From Eledone cirrhosa (taxonomy: Eukaryota), in NCBI GenBank assembly GCA_964016885.1, contig OZ024740.1:199454001-199518000 (forward strand): DNA of 64,000 bases, read 5' to 3'. The position numbers and the translations under genes are program-made. Below the pieces are notes generated by a model. The model had not been told where the DNA came from. It saw only the letters and a program-made list of their open reading frames with translations, and did no database searches. Shown here piece by piece: positions 14,461 through 28,405 of the stretch (position 1 is its first letter; each line of letters begins with the position of its first letter).

Positions 14461-15506
14461 AAAAATAATCCATGCTATAAAGTTTCTTCACCCTATACTA
14501 ACAGCCAACCCCGAATAAGCATTTCCCTAACTATATAACATCTCTCAATAACATGGAAACATTATCATATACACGACAATACATAGAATATAGAAGATAT
14601 ATAAATTTACTATCATACACGTACAACCACTAGCACACTAGAACACGCAGGATGTGCATGATAATTTAGGAAATAGTCAATCCAATAGATAACGTTCAAG
14701 TTAATAAGACTATATACAATTCGTTCATATATTCCACACTAACACGTCTAACGTAAACCTCAGCACCAAAACTGCCAATTAATACGACCCTAGCCGCGTT
14801 GAACTCTTAATCTTCAGATGTAGATTTCCTGTAAACTAAATAGCCTCACATATATCTTAGTACCTTCACTCGCATACATTTTTTGTCGCAATCATATATC
14901 TATATATATTTTCACTTCATTAAAATGCTGTCTTCCTCATAAGCACATAGTGCCATACAGACACCGATTCGACATTAAAGTTTCTCATGAATTTGATACT
15001 ACTAACCGTGTCTTTCAACTACATGCTGGCTTTTACCAATTTCTTCTACACTTCAAATCCATCATCCCCTTAGCCCCCAACATGTTTTATTTTAGTAATG
15101 ATTATCACCCCTTCAATTATATACACTTTCAACTGGATATAATAGCATCATATCATTTACCATCATCATCATCATAATAGTCGTCGTCTTTACGTTCACT
15201 TTCCCTGCTAACAAGGATTGAAAAGGTCTACACAGACTAACTAAGTACTGAAACGAAGCTTCAGATAGCGCAGATAGGCCAATGATCCGCGTCAGTCTCA
15301 CGTTCTACCCAGTGTACAAGAGAGGTTGTCATGCCTTGGGCACAACTGAGGATCCTCCAAACCCTTTCTTTGGCAAGCGTTCTAGGGTTGGTTGCCACCC
15401 CTGTATCCAACCGCTTGACATCGTGTACTGGAGGCGTTTATCGTGTAGATCAAACACTAGAGAGGCTGTCATGTCCTTGACGCGACGGATTTCCCTCCAT
15501 GTATGT

Positions 15507-15581
<75 letters not shown>

Positions 15582-16136
15582 GTGTGCATGTTTATATACA
15601 CATATTGGTATTTCCATTGCTGATAATTATGCCAGAGAAATTTGGGAATTGAAAGCAGATTTCATCAATCCATATGTTTCAAAAGATTCCAACCAGCACT
15701 TTTACCACTCTACCAATCCGTCTATTTTTATAAATGCCGAAAAGATGAAAGTCAAATTAGACTCATGCAGATTTGAACTGAAAAATTGAGATCCGAGACT
15801 AAAAATGAAAACCCTTAAGTTCAACCTAATAACGACACAGTCGTTTCACCGCCAATAAAATTAAAAGTGGTGAGTTCTGAAAATTGACATCATTGGTTCT
15901 CGTCATATCTATAAAAATAATATGCACACACACACACACACATATATATACACACATATATACATACACACACACACAAACACACCTACATACACACACA
16001 CATATTACATATATATATATGTGTGAGTCCTGGGTCAATCGGGTGTAACCACAACTAGTAAGGTACGCAATTCAGGCTTTCCTGATGATTGATTGTGAAT
16101 GAAACATTCCTAGTCCTATAGAGGATGTCTATATTA

Positions 16137-16226
<90 letters not shown>

Positions 16227-16432
16227 CAAAGAAGGTGTGGTAACGGACCAGAGTACTCGGTATGTAGGGTAGTAGAGTGGGTAATAGGGACGTTCCGGCC
16301 CTTTCGACATCAAGATTCGGTTAGTGTCCGGATGTAGCTGTCGAAACGGGCGGAGCTCAGCCCTCGGGGTCCTAACACTTTTCCATATGTATATATATAT
16401 ATTGTTACATCGCCCGTTGTTATATATATATA

Positions 16433-17148
16433 TTTCAACCATCCTCTTACGTAATCACCTATATAATTCACCCACACACCCCCAAAAAAATGTTTTCTCT
16501 ACACGCCACCTACACCCACAACACGCTTAAACCCCACACACACGTGCTTTCCACCACATATTTACACCCTCAGCCTCCTGATTCCTCTCCCCCCACCCCT
16601 CTATCCACACACGCACGGATACTCCGACCCCCCTCACACACACCTATTCCTGAACATGCAACCCCGTTCTTCCCCCAACCCTTACTTTCACATACACACA
16701 CACACACACACACACGTACACCTACACACACACACCACCTTCAGCCCTCCCCGCTCGGACACCCTGTCTCCCTCTCCCCACTCCACCCGCCACCCCCCTT
16801 CACACCCCACACCCTTCCACCACCTGTTTTACCCCCCCTTTTAATTTCAGTTTATTTTGATCATGCTTTTATATTTAAATTTATTTCCTTCCTTGTATTT
16901 TGATCATGCTTTATTTTTATTTTTATCTTTACTTTTTTTTATTTTTTCATTCGCACCGTTTCCTTTTGCTATATGTCTCTCCACCACTCCCCTACACACC
17001 CTTTGAACTCTGTTCCCACACACTTCTCACCTGAGGAAGGGCTTATGCCCGAAACGTCGTCCCCCACTAACACCGCACTCTCTAGAGCGTGAAATTAATA
17101 AACATTCGTTGTACTGCCTCTCTGTTTTGTCCCTGTTCAAATTTTTCC

Positions 17149-17150
<2 letters not shown>
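16433..17150 (+). mobile_element. Non-coding TA-flanked element ending hammerhead-AATAAA-tail (solo pseudo-LTR or retrozyme-like)
   Basis: C-rich body, hammerhead at 17031, AATAAA at ~17097, ends in (TA)n. Confidence 0.6.
17028..17062 (+). ncRNA. Minimal type I hammerhead ribozyme
   Basis: ac-CTGAGGA-A-GGGC-ttat-GCCC-GAAAC-GTC-gt; stem III is the palindrome ACGT. Confidence 0.75.
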
Positions 17151-17208
<58 letters not shown>

Positions 17209-17841
17209 TATAATGCCCGTTGAACATAATGCGTGTAAAGCAAGAACAGTATATAAAAATTCTTTGATCGATTACAAGATTTTATGGGAAAACGCTCCAG
17301 TCCGTGCATTTTGCTTGATTCTCAAAACTCATTCATGTCGCTCCAGCCATCATATGTAATATTAGCCATCATATGCACCGTAAATTACTTACAACTGTCA
17401 CAAGAACAACTTCTATAGTTGCTGGTAACAACAATAACAAAATTACGGTAGGTGGAAAGAACAATATCAATAACTATGGTAAATGCTAATAGAAGCAATA
17501 ACAAGAATTATAGACCATAACAACAATATCAATAACACTATTGACGGTCAATGGATGTCTTTGATTACTTAAACATAATTATATATCATATTCACAAATA
17601 CACACATACTGTTTTGTCAGATGAGTATAAAATTCGTTGTAGTTTGTGTTATGGCATAAACTACATATTTCTTTATAGGTACATATATGGCTGTGTAGTT
17701 CGGACGTTCGTTACAAGGCCACGACATTCAGATTTTATATTATAAATTTCTCCAAAGATTTATTTTAGAAATATGATAGAGATAAACCCTCAGATCTCTA
17801 TATATGGTTGTTGTTAACATTATTATAATTTTATAATAGAT

Positions 17842-17925
<84 letters not shown>

Positions 17926-17929
<4 letters not shown>

Positions 17930-18460
17930 TGGTTACACAACATGTAGTTCACCATACCGAGAACAATGTTTCACCTTAGCGGATCCTCAGCTCGTAATGG
18001 ACGTGGCTATAAGGAACAGGAAGGACAACCATATTAAACGCGCATGCGAAGAAACTGTCACTTCACCCAGGCAATGCAAAACTGCGTGCGAGAGGTGTAA
18101 GGGAGATAACTGCGAAAGTCCGAAAGGTTCTAGTTGATAGGAAAATTAGGATGTTGTTGTTGTTCAATCCGAAGCTTTGTAGTTATGTAAGAAGTTTTCC
18201 CAGACATGTGGACAACATGTGAAGAATTCAAATCTTGGTTTAGGCAATCGCTATTGCGTAATCTGTTTAGAATATTTATCCGTTCATCAATACATAGTCC
18301 ACAAGACATATTGCCCCTTGCGTATGGCTTGGACTTAGTGATAGCTTTCCATTGAATGGAGTAGTCTATAATTGAGTCCTTGAGGGGCCATACGTGGCTC
18401 GTGAGTTTAGTGCATGATCGTTTGTCCGGGTACCTAAAGGTCGACTGATGGTTCAGAAAC
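17926..18460 (-). mobile_element. PLE 3' fragment (GIY-YIG C-terminus, 3' UTR, hammerhead); absent from the ORF track
   Basis: Reverse complement of 18180-18459 reads FLNHQSTFRYPDKRSCTKLTSHVWPLKDSIIDYSIQWKAITKSKPYARGNMSCGLCIDERINIL..CLN/RFEFFTCCPH. Confidence 0.85.
17952..18000 (-). ncRNA. Minimal type I hammerhead ribozyme
   Basis: Reverse complement: ccat-ta-cgag-CTGAGGA-T-CC-gctaa-GG-T-GAAAC-att-GTT-ctcg-gt-atgg; stem I is 4+4 bp with an internal loop. Confidence 0.75.
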
Positions 18461-19313
18461 GGTGCGCGAGTTTGAAAATTAGAAATTAGAAATTATAAGC
18501 TTTCACCGTATTTTAGACTAAAGAAATTTCTAGCCTGATAGTGGGGTTTATAACCCTCGGAGAAATGGAAAAAGATGAGTGTTGCCGTACATGGGAGTCG
18601 AACCCACATCTTTGGTTATCCGGACCACTGTGATACAATTACACCAATACACATCCCGTCTCCTTCCATTCGAATTAGAAGCTATGAACTTAGCAAGTGA
18701 TTGATAAACAAGCAAATTATAAATGTAAACATGTAAGTATGTTTTTGAAACGGTGCGCGAGTTTGAAAATTAGAAATTAGAAATTATAAGCTTTCACCGT
18801 ATTTTAGACTAAAGAAATTTCTAGCTTCTAATTCGAATGGAAGGAGACGGGATGTGTATTGGTGTAATTGTATCACATTGGTCCGGATAACCAAAGATGT
18901 GGGTTCGACTCCCATGTACGGCAACACTCATCTTTTTCCATTTCTCCGAGGGTTATAAACCCCACTATCAGGCTAGAAATGTCTTTAGTCTAAATACGGT
19001 GAAAGCTTATAATTTCTAATTTCTAATTTTCAAACTCGCGCACCGTTTCAAATACACACTTACATGTTTACATTTATAATTTGCTTGTTTATCATTCACT
19101 TGCTAAGTTCATAGCTTCTAATTCGAATGGAAGGAGACGGGATGTGTATTGGTGTAATGGTAGCACAGTGGTCCGGATAACCAAAGATGTGGGTTCGACT
19201 CCAATGTACGGCAACACTCATCTTTTTCCATTTCTCCGAGGGTTATAAACCCCACTATCAGGCTAGAAATTTCTTTAGTCTAAAATACGGTGAAAGCCTA
19301 TAATTTCTAATTT
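18457..19313. repeat. Inverted/tandem array of ~290-bp units with tRNA-like cloverleaves (18583-18653 -, 18853-18923 +, 19143-19213 +)
   Basis: About 1.3 units in one orientation, then about 1.7 units reversed from ~18822; A box, B box and TTTTT present. Confidence 0.85.
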
Positions 19314-20211
19314 CTCTCTCTCTCTCTATATATATATATATACATTCATAAATAGGGACGACTACATCCATAGCGTATTCCAAGTTAAAAATATATTGGA
19401 AATCTTCCGAGCTTTTAGACAGATTTTCGCAAAATAGAATTATTACATTCCATATTAGTATCACCTGTCCTTTGAAAATATACGAGATCTCTTTGTTTTC
19501 TTTCGTTGAAATATGAAAATGTACATATTTCCATAACTGTCTCCAAATAATAGCTCGTTCTGTTGGGTAATTGCTGAAAAGTAGAAACAGTTATATATAA
19601 CATATTCAATTTATGACAGACTGGACATTTTTTTGTTATCTATCGTAATTAGTTAAACAAAATGTAATCGTGGTACCAGGTGTGTGTCCGGAGCTACTAG
19701 AAATCAATTGTGGAGTTGGACGAATAATTATATTGACATGGGAGTAGATCTAACAGTTATATACGTCCGCTCGCTATCTGGAATTCAGTCATTGTCTGTG
19801 TTTGACTTGCATCCATAGACTTGCATTTGCTAAAAATAATGTTCACTAGATCAATCACAGCACGTCAGCGATGGCTCTGGTCTATGCCCTTCATCCAGAA
19901 CAAACCAAATTTATTAGTAACACACATCATAGAAACATATGACACAGCCTTGTCTGAGTAATTGTGGAGTTCGTTTTATAAACACGTTGGGCAAGATTGT
20001 TCTATGTTTGTACCGTGTCGATCGATATATTCAGAATAAGATTTGTATGGGGAAGTTGTACGGAGAAGCATTATATATATATATTTATGAATAAATAAAT
20101 AAATAAATAAATAAATAAATATGTATATATATAATATACATATTTATTTAGTTGTATATATAAATATGTATATATATATACATATTTATTTATTTATAAA
20201 TATATATACTA

Positions 20212-22158
20212 CTTGCAGATTTACCCGGCGTTGCTCGGTGTTTGAAATTATGCTAAGAATATACAGCTAGGAAGTAAAAGGAGAACATTATTTGTCCCAA
20301 CCTGTCAAAATAAGCAGACGTCTTCAATAATTAATGCAAACGAATATTTAGTGCAATCTTTGTACACATAAAACTATGTTGATAATGAAGGAAAACACTG
20401 AACAGGATGTAGTTATACAAATGATTAAAGACAATACACGTTGCAAATCTGTAAAAAAACAGGCATTTTGCTAAAGTACAAAAAGTTGTAATGAAAGCAG
20501 AGTTGTATACAAACAAAAAAACAATGAGAGTAGAATAAGAGAAAATCTATTCTTTGCTGTGTATGGTTAAATTTTGAACTTATAATCCAAAATATCCTGC
20601 ATGACATATTCATTGGTATGTCTTGTAATGAGTGAGGTGAAGTCAAGGCAGAGCTGTAATAAGTTTTTTCGTTCACACTAAAGCACTTCAGGATAGACGA
20701 TATTCTTTGTTTTTCTTTTCGGAACAAGCGCAAAGAGATTATCCCGACTGCCAACTCGTGAGCAGGCAACATAGAATTGTCCGTGCGAAAAGCAAGGTTC
20801 ATCCAAGTGAATTCCAGTGACTGACAGCGTTTGATCTTGCGACCTGTTTATGGACATCGCAAAGGCAACACGAAGGGGAAATTGGGTTCGGCGAAAGGAG
20901 AAGGGAGTATCCACGCCTGATGTAGTCAGGCTAATTTTTGTTATTATCACATCCTCGCCTTTTCCATATCCGGATAGAATGGTAGCGTCAATAGTAAGTG
21001 GAGACAGTTTTTAACCACAAGGCGTGTACCATTGCATAGTTTTGGAGGAGTGATATTTCTCAGCAAAATAACTGGCGTTCTCTCTTTCAGAACCAATGTA
21101 TTAAGAAGTAAACCAGGAAGATTTAAAGAATTTAGAAATTCAACTGGATAGTTGACCGCATCCTTTGGATCACATAGAGTATCAATAGATTTATACATCC
21201 AGAAAGAATCCTGTTCAGTATGTTCCTTCATTGTCAAAAAAGTTTGATGTGTACGAATACAGCTGGAAGCATAGATAATGCATGCCTCAAATGTGGACGA
21301 AATTACTATAAAAATGTAAAAGCTGTAGGTCCCAATGGTTTGAATGGAAAGTCCCATAAGGATTCTTCTAAAAATAAACAAACCATCATGAAAATCTCCT
21401 CAATTCGAGACTGCTGCGAGATTAGGCCCTTACCGCGAAAATTAACACTTAATATAGTGAAACAAGTTAAAACAACAAGTGTTTTTTTTAACTTTGAAAC
21501 TACAACACATTTTCTTTTGTATCAACATGGCTTATGAAAATTTTAAAAATGTAAAAGCTGTCGGTCCCAATGGTTTGAATGGAAAGTCCCATAACGATTG
21601 TTCTAAAGATAAACAAACCATCATCAAAATCTCGTCAATTCGAGACTGCTGCGAGATTAGGCCCTTAACGCGAATATTAACACTTAATATAGCCAAACAA
21701 GTTCAAACAAAAAGTGTTTTTTTAACTTTGAAAGTGCAACAAAGTATAAGCAAGAAACAAACGATAATATTAGTGATTTATCTTCAAATGAATCTGATGT
21801 TTATATTACTGAAATTTAATCCGACGATGATTGTTGTTTCAAACTTGAAAACGAATGTCTCCATATCTCACTCTCTGTATAAGGATTGTCAATAAAGCTG
21901 GTTATCTCCCTTTTTTTATAACGATTGTCAATAAAGTTGGTTATCTCCCTTACATCAATTTTGCTACCAATAATTTGGATATCGATCTTTTATTGCTCAA
22001 TATGGGTCGATTGGAAAATGGTTGTCACGTGACCATCTTAGCAACCTGTGCCACGTGCACAGAAAATTTGGTCAAATTCGGTTGGAAATTGTAAAAGCCT
22101 TAGGTATCCAAAGTTGTACACAGACACACACACATCCTCGCTTTTATATATATAAAGA
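20212..22158 (-). mobile_element. Internally deleted, non-autonomous Helitron
   Basis: 5' end TCTTTATATATATAAAAG at 22158; 3' CCGAGCAACGCCGG hairpin followed by GCAAG (CTAG variant) at 20212; helicase remnant inside; internal ~230-bp duplication at 21310-21735. Confidence 0.85.
20678..21200 (-). pseudogene. Helitron Pif1-family (SF1) helicase C-terminal fragment
   Basis: YKSIDT..NYPVEFLNSL..PVILLRN..PPKLCNGTRL; RRTQFPLRVAFAMSINRSQDQT..CFSHGQFYVACSRV..TKNIVYPEVL; frameshifted. Confidence 0.92.
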
Positions 22159-23189
22159 TATATATATATATATATAATAGTTCTCCGTTATGGAACGGAG
22201 GCAACTGTAGAAGAGCTAGAATGGTCGGTTAGGTCGAATTAGAATACATTCTACTAACTCGACGTGATTCATTTACATATATCTACTACCAGGTCAATAT
22301 AATTATTCGTCCAACTCCACAATTGATATCTAGTAGCTCCGGATACACATCTGGTACCACGATTACATTTTGTTTAACGAACCATGATAGATAACATTAA
22401 CATTTCCAGTCTGTCATAACATTGCATATGTTATCTGTTAGACACGCAGTGACTAACAACAGAATGCTTTAAGTCTGCATGTTGTCTCTGACAATATATG
22501 CGTAGCTTATGAATAAAAGATACAAGGGATATTGCTGGCCGTGGCGATTCATTCCAAACATGTTTTGTAATGTATCATCTTATTGGCTAATTTCATCGTC
22601 TTATTGGCTAATCAACCAAAGAGAGTAATTGTTGCTCAAAAGCGTTTTGTTTGCATGTTTATTTATCGTCTCGCTTTCGAATCTCTCTCCTGTTATTTGT
22701 GGTTTTATCATCAAAATATGTTTCTCGTTTTGGTAAGTTATATTGTTAATTTATATATGATTTTTTAAATTTATATTAACTATTTTTTTTCAGTTCGTTA
22801 TAACATTCTTAGAATATTGGTTGTATAATATTTACTTGTATATATGTCCATATTATTGTTCGTTTTATGTTAGATTATTTTATTATTATTATGTTAGATT
22901 ATTTTTTTATTACTATGTTAGACTATGTGTATGTAATATTTAATTTTTTTTAATTCAACTATAACAATTATTATGTAAAATATATTTATTTAATATTGAT
23001 TGTTTTTTTGTAGTTGTTTATATTAAAAGTCTGAAAATATTTTTATACATCTTACAATAATATTTATAAGATCGTTTATAAAATAACAATTATATAATCT
23101 AATTACATTACAACGATAATTTATTATTAATATATATCATGTTTAACTAGAGTTATTAAAAGCGTTGCCTTAAAAAATATTAAACTACA

Positions 23190-23608
23190 ACCTGAAAAAT
23201 GCGCAAGCTCAAAAGAGCCACAGAATGTTATAATAAACCTTCAATAAGTGTGGGACTATATTGTAATCATTATCTATCGTACACTCTGTGGCATCCTTTT
23301 ATAAAAAAGATACTCATAACGAACTCAAGACGACACGATAAGTATTTAAGTGAATTTATATTATAGAATTCGGATTAAGTGCATTTCGTATTAATCATTA
23401 ATAACATCTAATATGACATATTGAAAATTAGCTTAAATAATTATCGTGTGGTCTTGAGTTCGTTATGAGTTTCATTTTTATAAAAGGATGCCAGAGAGTG
23501 TACGATGGATAATGATTACAATATTTTTGAGCAACAACTCTAGTCCCACACATTTGAAGGTTTATTATAACATACTCTGGCTCTTTTGAGCTTGCGCATT
23601 TTTCAGGT
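23190..23608. repeat. Fold-back palindrome with ~150-bp arms
   Basis: 23190-23341 is the reverse complement of 23440-23608, with a ~17-bp insert in the right arm. Confidence 0.85.
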
Positions 23609-24194
23609 CTAGTATATCTAGCAACAGAACGAGTTATTACTTGGAGATAGTTATGGAAATATATACATTTTCATGTTTCAACGAAAGAAAACAAAGAGAT
23701 CTCGTATATTTTCAAAGGACAGGTGATACTAGTAAGGAATAAAATAATTCTAATTTGCGAAGATCTGTCTAAAAGATTACGAGGAATGCTCGGAAGTTTT
23801 CCAAAATATCCTTAACTTGGAATACGCTATGGATGTAGTCGTCTCTAATTCGTCCATAATTTATGGAATGTAACCTAAACTGAAGGTTTGAGGCACGTTC
23901 CCTCTGGATAATGTATTTCAGTAGATACACATATATACGCACATACAACCTGTATGTGTGTATATATGTGTGTGTCAGTGTATATGTAATCCTATTCTGC
24001 GATCCTACTCAATATCCGATAGTAATCGACTCTTGTTCGTACTATACTAGTGATACGCCAGCTTGGCATGAGGGGAAATATACCCAGTACTTGACTGGCA
24101 TTTTATTTTAGCGATCTCTGAAGAATGGGAAAAATAATCCAAAGCATTATTTCAGACGTTCTAATGAATCTGCAAATTCAATGCCAGATATATA

Positions 24195-25421
24195 TGAGGG
24201 CCGGCTGAAAGGTCCATAGACTGACCAAATTACCTTCATGGAATGTGATCTGTTGATGTTTATGTTTCAACATAGTCCCATTTGTGCTCCATCGGTAATT
24301 CAGTGCTTAGATCACGTTCGTGAAGAAGCTTACAACATGTTCGTCAAAACGTCATCAACAGAATATATGGCGTCATCATCACAGCGATACTGATCCCCAG
24401 CGAAGTGTTATGTTATGCTGGAGATTAGATGACAATCATATGGAGTCATATCGGGAGGATAGGGAAGGAGATCAACCAATTCAAAGTCACAGTGACGCAC
24501 AGCAAGCATTGAAACCAAGGTCATCTGTTCTGGAGCATTGTGTTGATGAAACCAACCCACTTTCGTCAGATTTCCTGGGCATTCGGTCTTAGCCTTTCGT
24601 AACTGCCTCAGCAAGTGACGATAGTACTTTCCATTGATAATGTGGCTCTTTTAAAGAATGGCTTTTTTAAACAATGTCTTTTGCATCCTCCAGAAAAAGC
24701 CACCAACATCCCAGCAGTTGAAATGACGTTGGCTTAATTTGGAGCAATCTGGGACAGGTGTTTCCACTGCATGGAATGTCTCTTTCTCTCTCACTCAAAG
24801 TACTGAACCCCTATACTCCTGGTTTCGGAAACGTACAAGAAAACCAGATGGATTTGCCTCAAACAATGTCTGAATTTCTTGTGATATGACGATCATGGCG
24901 CCCTTTTGATCATGTGGCAGAAGAAGTGGCACCTACCGAGCAGAAGCCTTCGCTATGCTAAGTGCAGAATATTATCATCTCTCTAATGAGATATGCTAAT
25001 AGAATTAGCTATTTGGTTTATAATCAATCGCTAGTCAACCTTCACAATGTCGTGAACATGTTCAATGTTTTTTCTCGGTGCTGGCAGTTGCAGGAAGTCA
25101 TGACCTTGGATCTTCTTCAATATCCTCCCTTCCTCTTTCAAATGTATCTGTCCACTTTTGCACTGTTGTTAAAGTTGGAGCGTCATCCCCTAATCTAACA
25201 ATCTTGAAGGTAATTGATAACACCACGATGCAAAATTCTGTCCATTTTCAAGAGAGGTCGCAACTAATTACATTTGAAGTCTTCTGTGAACACGCAGATG
25301 TCAATTTACCTGGAAAAAATGCCGTTATTAATACGAAGAGTTGAAATGAATGAATGCAACATTTCACAGCTTTAGGACCATTCCTTCATAATCAAACTAT
25401 GAACTTTTCAGCCAGCGCTCG
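24195..25421 (-). mobile_element. Decayed mariner (DD34D-type) DNA transposon
   Basis: TIRs TA|tgagggccggctgaaaggtccatag and ctatgaacttttcagccagcgctcg|TA; reverse complement reads WFHQHNAPEQ..FELVDLLPYPPDMTPYD. Confidence 0.85.
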
Positions 25422-27096
25422 TATTTTATAATAAAGTTATCACGTAATATTTCTTGGCAGCCCTTTATTCTAATTAAGTTTACAGATCGATTTATATTAA
25501 ATAATCTATGTCTTGTCTGTTCCGTTATCAACTGACTTATCATTATTAAAATGGTTGTTTTATGTTCAAAGAAGCTCTCCTTTGAGATTTACAGATAATC
25601 TCTCAGCGAAAAGATGTTGTATACACACACACACACGCACGCTCACACTCATGCACATATTCGTTACACGATAAACTGAACGACGTCATAACTTATTCTC
25701 TTACGATCTGTCAGAAGGTAAAAATGCCCTAACTGTTTTAAATGCTCTACCAATTGGACTAAAGCAACTCCCTAGCTTGGTACTTATTTCAGCGATCCCA
25801 GAGCGGTAAATGTCAAAACCACCCTCATCGTTATTAGACATTTGTAAAGAAATATCTGGAAACATATATCGAAGCATTTTGTCCTACACGTTAACAATTC
25901 TCAAAATGTACAGCCTATTTGTGGATATCGTTTCAGTTATATATTCGTTTTACAGGTTTTAGCATATGTATTACAATTGAGGGTATTCTACCATTTCCAC
26001 CTAACAAATGTTACTCTCAAAGCCTTTCTAAAGATGATGCTATAGTTGAAAACACTTGCTTAAGATGCCTCGCATCGGAGAGGACATGAAACTATGGCTG
26101 CACATATGGTGATAATTTCTTTAAGATTTACCATACTTAAAATACATAATGATCTCTGTAATTTCAACTCAACTCTCTAAAATTTAATTCTATTAGAATC
26201 TTATATCCGGGTGAATTGATTTCTGCAGTACAAAATAGGTCAGTTTACTTAAATTCATTGCTAGACTCCACCTTTAAGTGTATGCTATATAGTTGATTTA
26301 TCAACATAACAACGTCATTTGCATAGTTCCTGTTAAATAGTTTTTCACTCTATGCTTTCATTTCATTATGGTTGAAGTGATTTGGAATGGACAATAGAAA
26401 AGGCGATGTGACAACTATTTTAAGCACCAGTGTATTATTTCTAAAGGTTTCAGCGTACTTTACTAAGACATTCAATAGAAATAGAATTTATATTTCTCAT
26501 AAATCTCAGAACGGATTCTCAGAATAAATCAATTTTGTAGATTTAATAAGAATATATATTTTTAGTAGTCAAACATAGTAAGTGGTTACAACTTTAACTA
26601 CTAAAACCTCAATAAAATAGCTAAAAGATAAAAAAATCTTTGATGTTTTAAAATTACAGAGAAAATATATTCATTATCGCATAAAATAGAAGAAATTAAA
26701 ATTAAAGAAAAATAAATATTTTCTACTTAAAACTAATGAAAAAATTAAAATTGTTATGGAAAAAGCAAACAGCATTATTTAATGCAGGCTTTGTGCTAGG
26801 CGTGCGCTTTGTTGCACTGAATGAACTAAATGAATTTTATCGATTTTTCTCAAATTTGTTAAAAGTACAAACACTTAAGTATTGAGAAAAATATATTCAC
26901 AAAAAAGCGAATAGAGGATTTAGGATGTGTTAAATAATTAACATCCGATCATTTCCTCAGTACACAGGTGTATTAAATATTTCCTATTAAGTCAATTTCC
27001 AATATATATATATAAATATATATATTCAGTCGCCCTCGGGTCTTTGATTTTCAGCCGCATGGATTTTATCTATTACATTCACGTATTATATTTCGA

Positions 27097-27154
27097 ATAC
27101 CTCATGATATCACCGGATTCATACGGAACCCGGTCATTGAAATGATCATAGTAT
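27097..27154 (+). ncRNA. Hammerhead copy with mutated core (CTCATGA); same family as 45813
   Basis: atac-CTCATGA-tatcACCGG..CCGGTcatt-GAAA-TGATCA-TA-gtat; the G5C change is expected to inactivate it. Confidence 0.65.
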
Positions 27155-27182
27155 AATAAAACTTTCAAGGATTTACACAAAT

Positions 27183-27234
<52 letters not shown>

Positions 27235-27310
27235 GGAGGTGAGTTTTATTGTAGTACAATAAAGCAATGCAGATATCGGATAAGAAGCACTCTACAGTTT
27301 GTATACATAA

Positions 27311-28405
27311 TATATAAGAAGAAAAGATGGTTAAAAGAGTTCCATGTATTTTATTATGCGCATTTCAAAACTTTATCAATTTAGAATCTTTTTCTCAAAG
27401 GCACATATATATATATACTTCTTTAAAAATATACCCATCTTTCTACCTTATTTCAAAGTTATTTATTATACATTATATAATACTTGTTACTCATTCTATA
27501 TCACTCCTATTTATCACTTCCCTTTCTTCTCTTTTTCTTTTAATGTCTAACCCCTAATCTGTACCTTTTCTCACTGTTGCCTAACATAGAAACAATTATT
27601 ACACATACAATACATTCTTACTTTATATTACCTTACACAAATCCTTCGTAAACATAAACATTTTTTGACGTTAGATTATTCATCCTCAATTCATTATTTT
27701 TGTCTCCCTTTCATCTCACCTACTCATGCTCATCTCACAATATATCCTTACTTACATTATTTGCTGTTCTTTTTAATAATTCATATCAACATTTTCTTTC
27801 CATCGCACATATTATTAAACCCTTAAATATTATTCTTAATACATATTAACATTTTCTTTCCATCGCACATATTATTAAACCCTTAAATATTATTCTTAAT
27901 ACATATTAACATTTTCTTTTCATCGCACATATTATTAAACCCTTCAATATACAAACCTTAACTTTACATTACTTTTCTCTTCGTTAATTTTCAAATTCTT
28001 TTAATTTATACATTATCTTCCAACGGTTTTTCAACCTCTCTATGTAAAACGATATATTTTTCTCAGTTATAAAAGCTATCTCTCTCTCTATCACGCATCT
28101 CTCCTCCTATCTCCTCCTTCCTCATTATACTCCTCCTTCTCCACCTTTTACTCTCATCTCCTCCTCTTTTTCATCCTTTCGAACCCCCCCCCCCCCTAAA
28201 AAAATATTTTTCCCAATATCACACATCAATCTAAAACTACTTTTCATATGTTGATTTAAAACTGCACTATCCACAAGTGTTTTTTAACCTTCATATTATA
28301 TCTTCCTATTTTATCTGATGAAAACACAAATATTATTGCATGATGATATTTGTTTTTGAAATGCGCATAATAAAATACATGGAACTCTTTTAACCATCTT
28401 TTGTT

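Larger units (their letters stand above)
19357..23843. repeat. Large imperfect inverted repeat (19357-19737 versus 22293-22436 plus 23625-23843) containing nested insertions
   Basis: gacgactacatccatagcgtattccaagttaa (19357) is the reverse complement of 23812-23843; 19612-19737 is the reverse complement of 22293-22418. Confidence 0.8.

Noticed and set aside
16078-16132. CTGATGA...GAAACATTCC...GGATGTC hammerhead-like motif
   Set aside because: Stem II is poorly paired and there is no stem I; at best a decayed copy
17205-17250. Possible Helitron 3' terminus on the minus strand
   Set aside because: The CTAG and hairpin are degenerate and no matching 5' end was found
18530-18560. CTGATAG-GGGGTT/AACCCT in the tRNA-like repeat as a split hammerhead
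   Set aside because: The core is wrong, no adjacent GAAA-stem III-UH can be formed, and stem I is absent
27782-27950. Short direct repeats as a CRISPR-like array
   Set aside because: It is a pure 60-bp tandem repeat without spacers, in eukaryotic DNA
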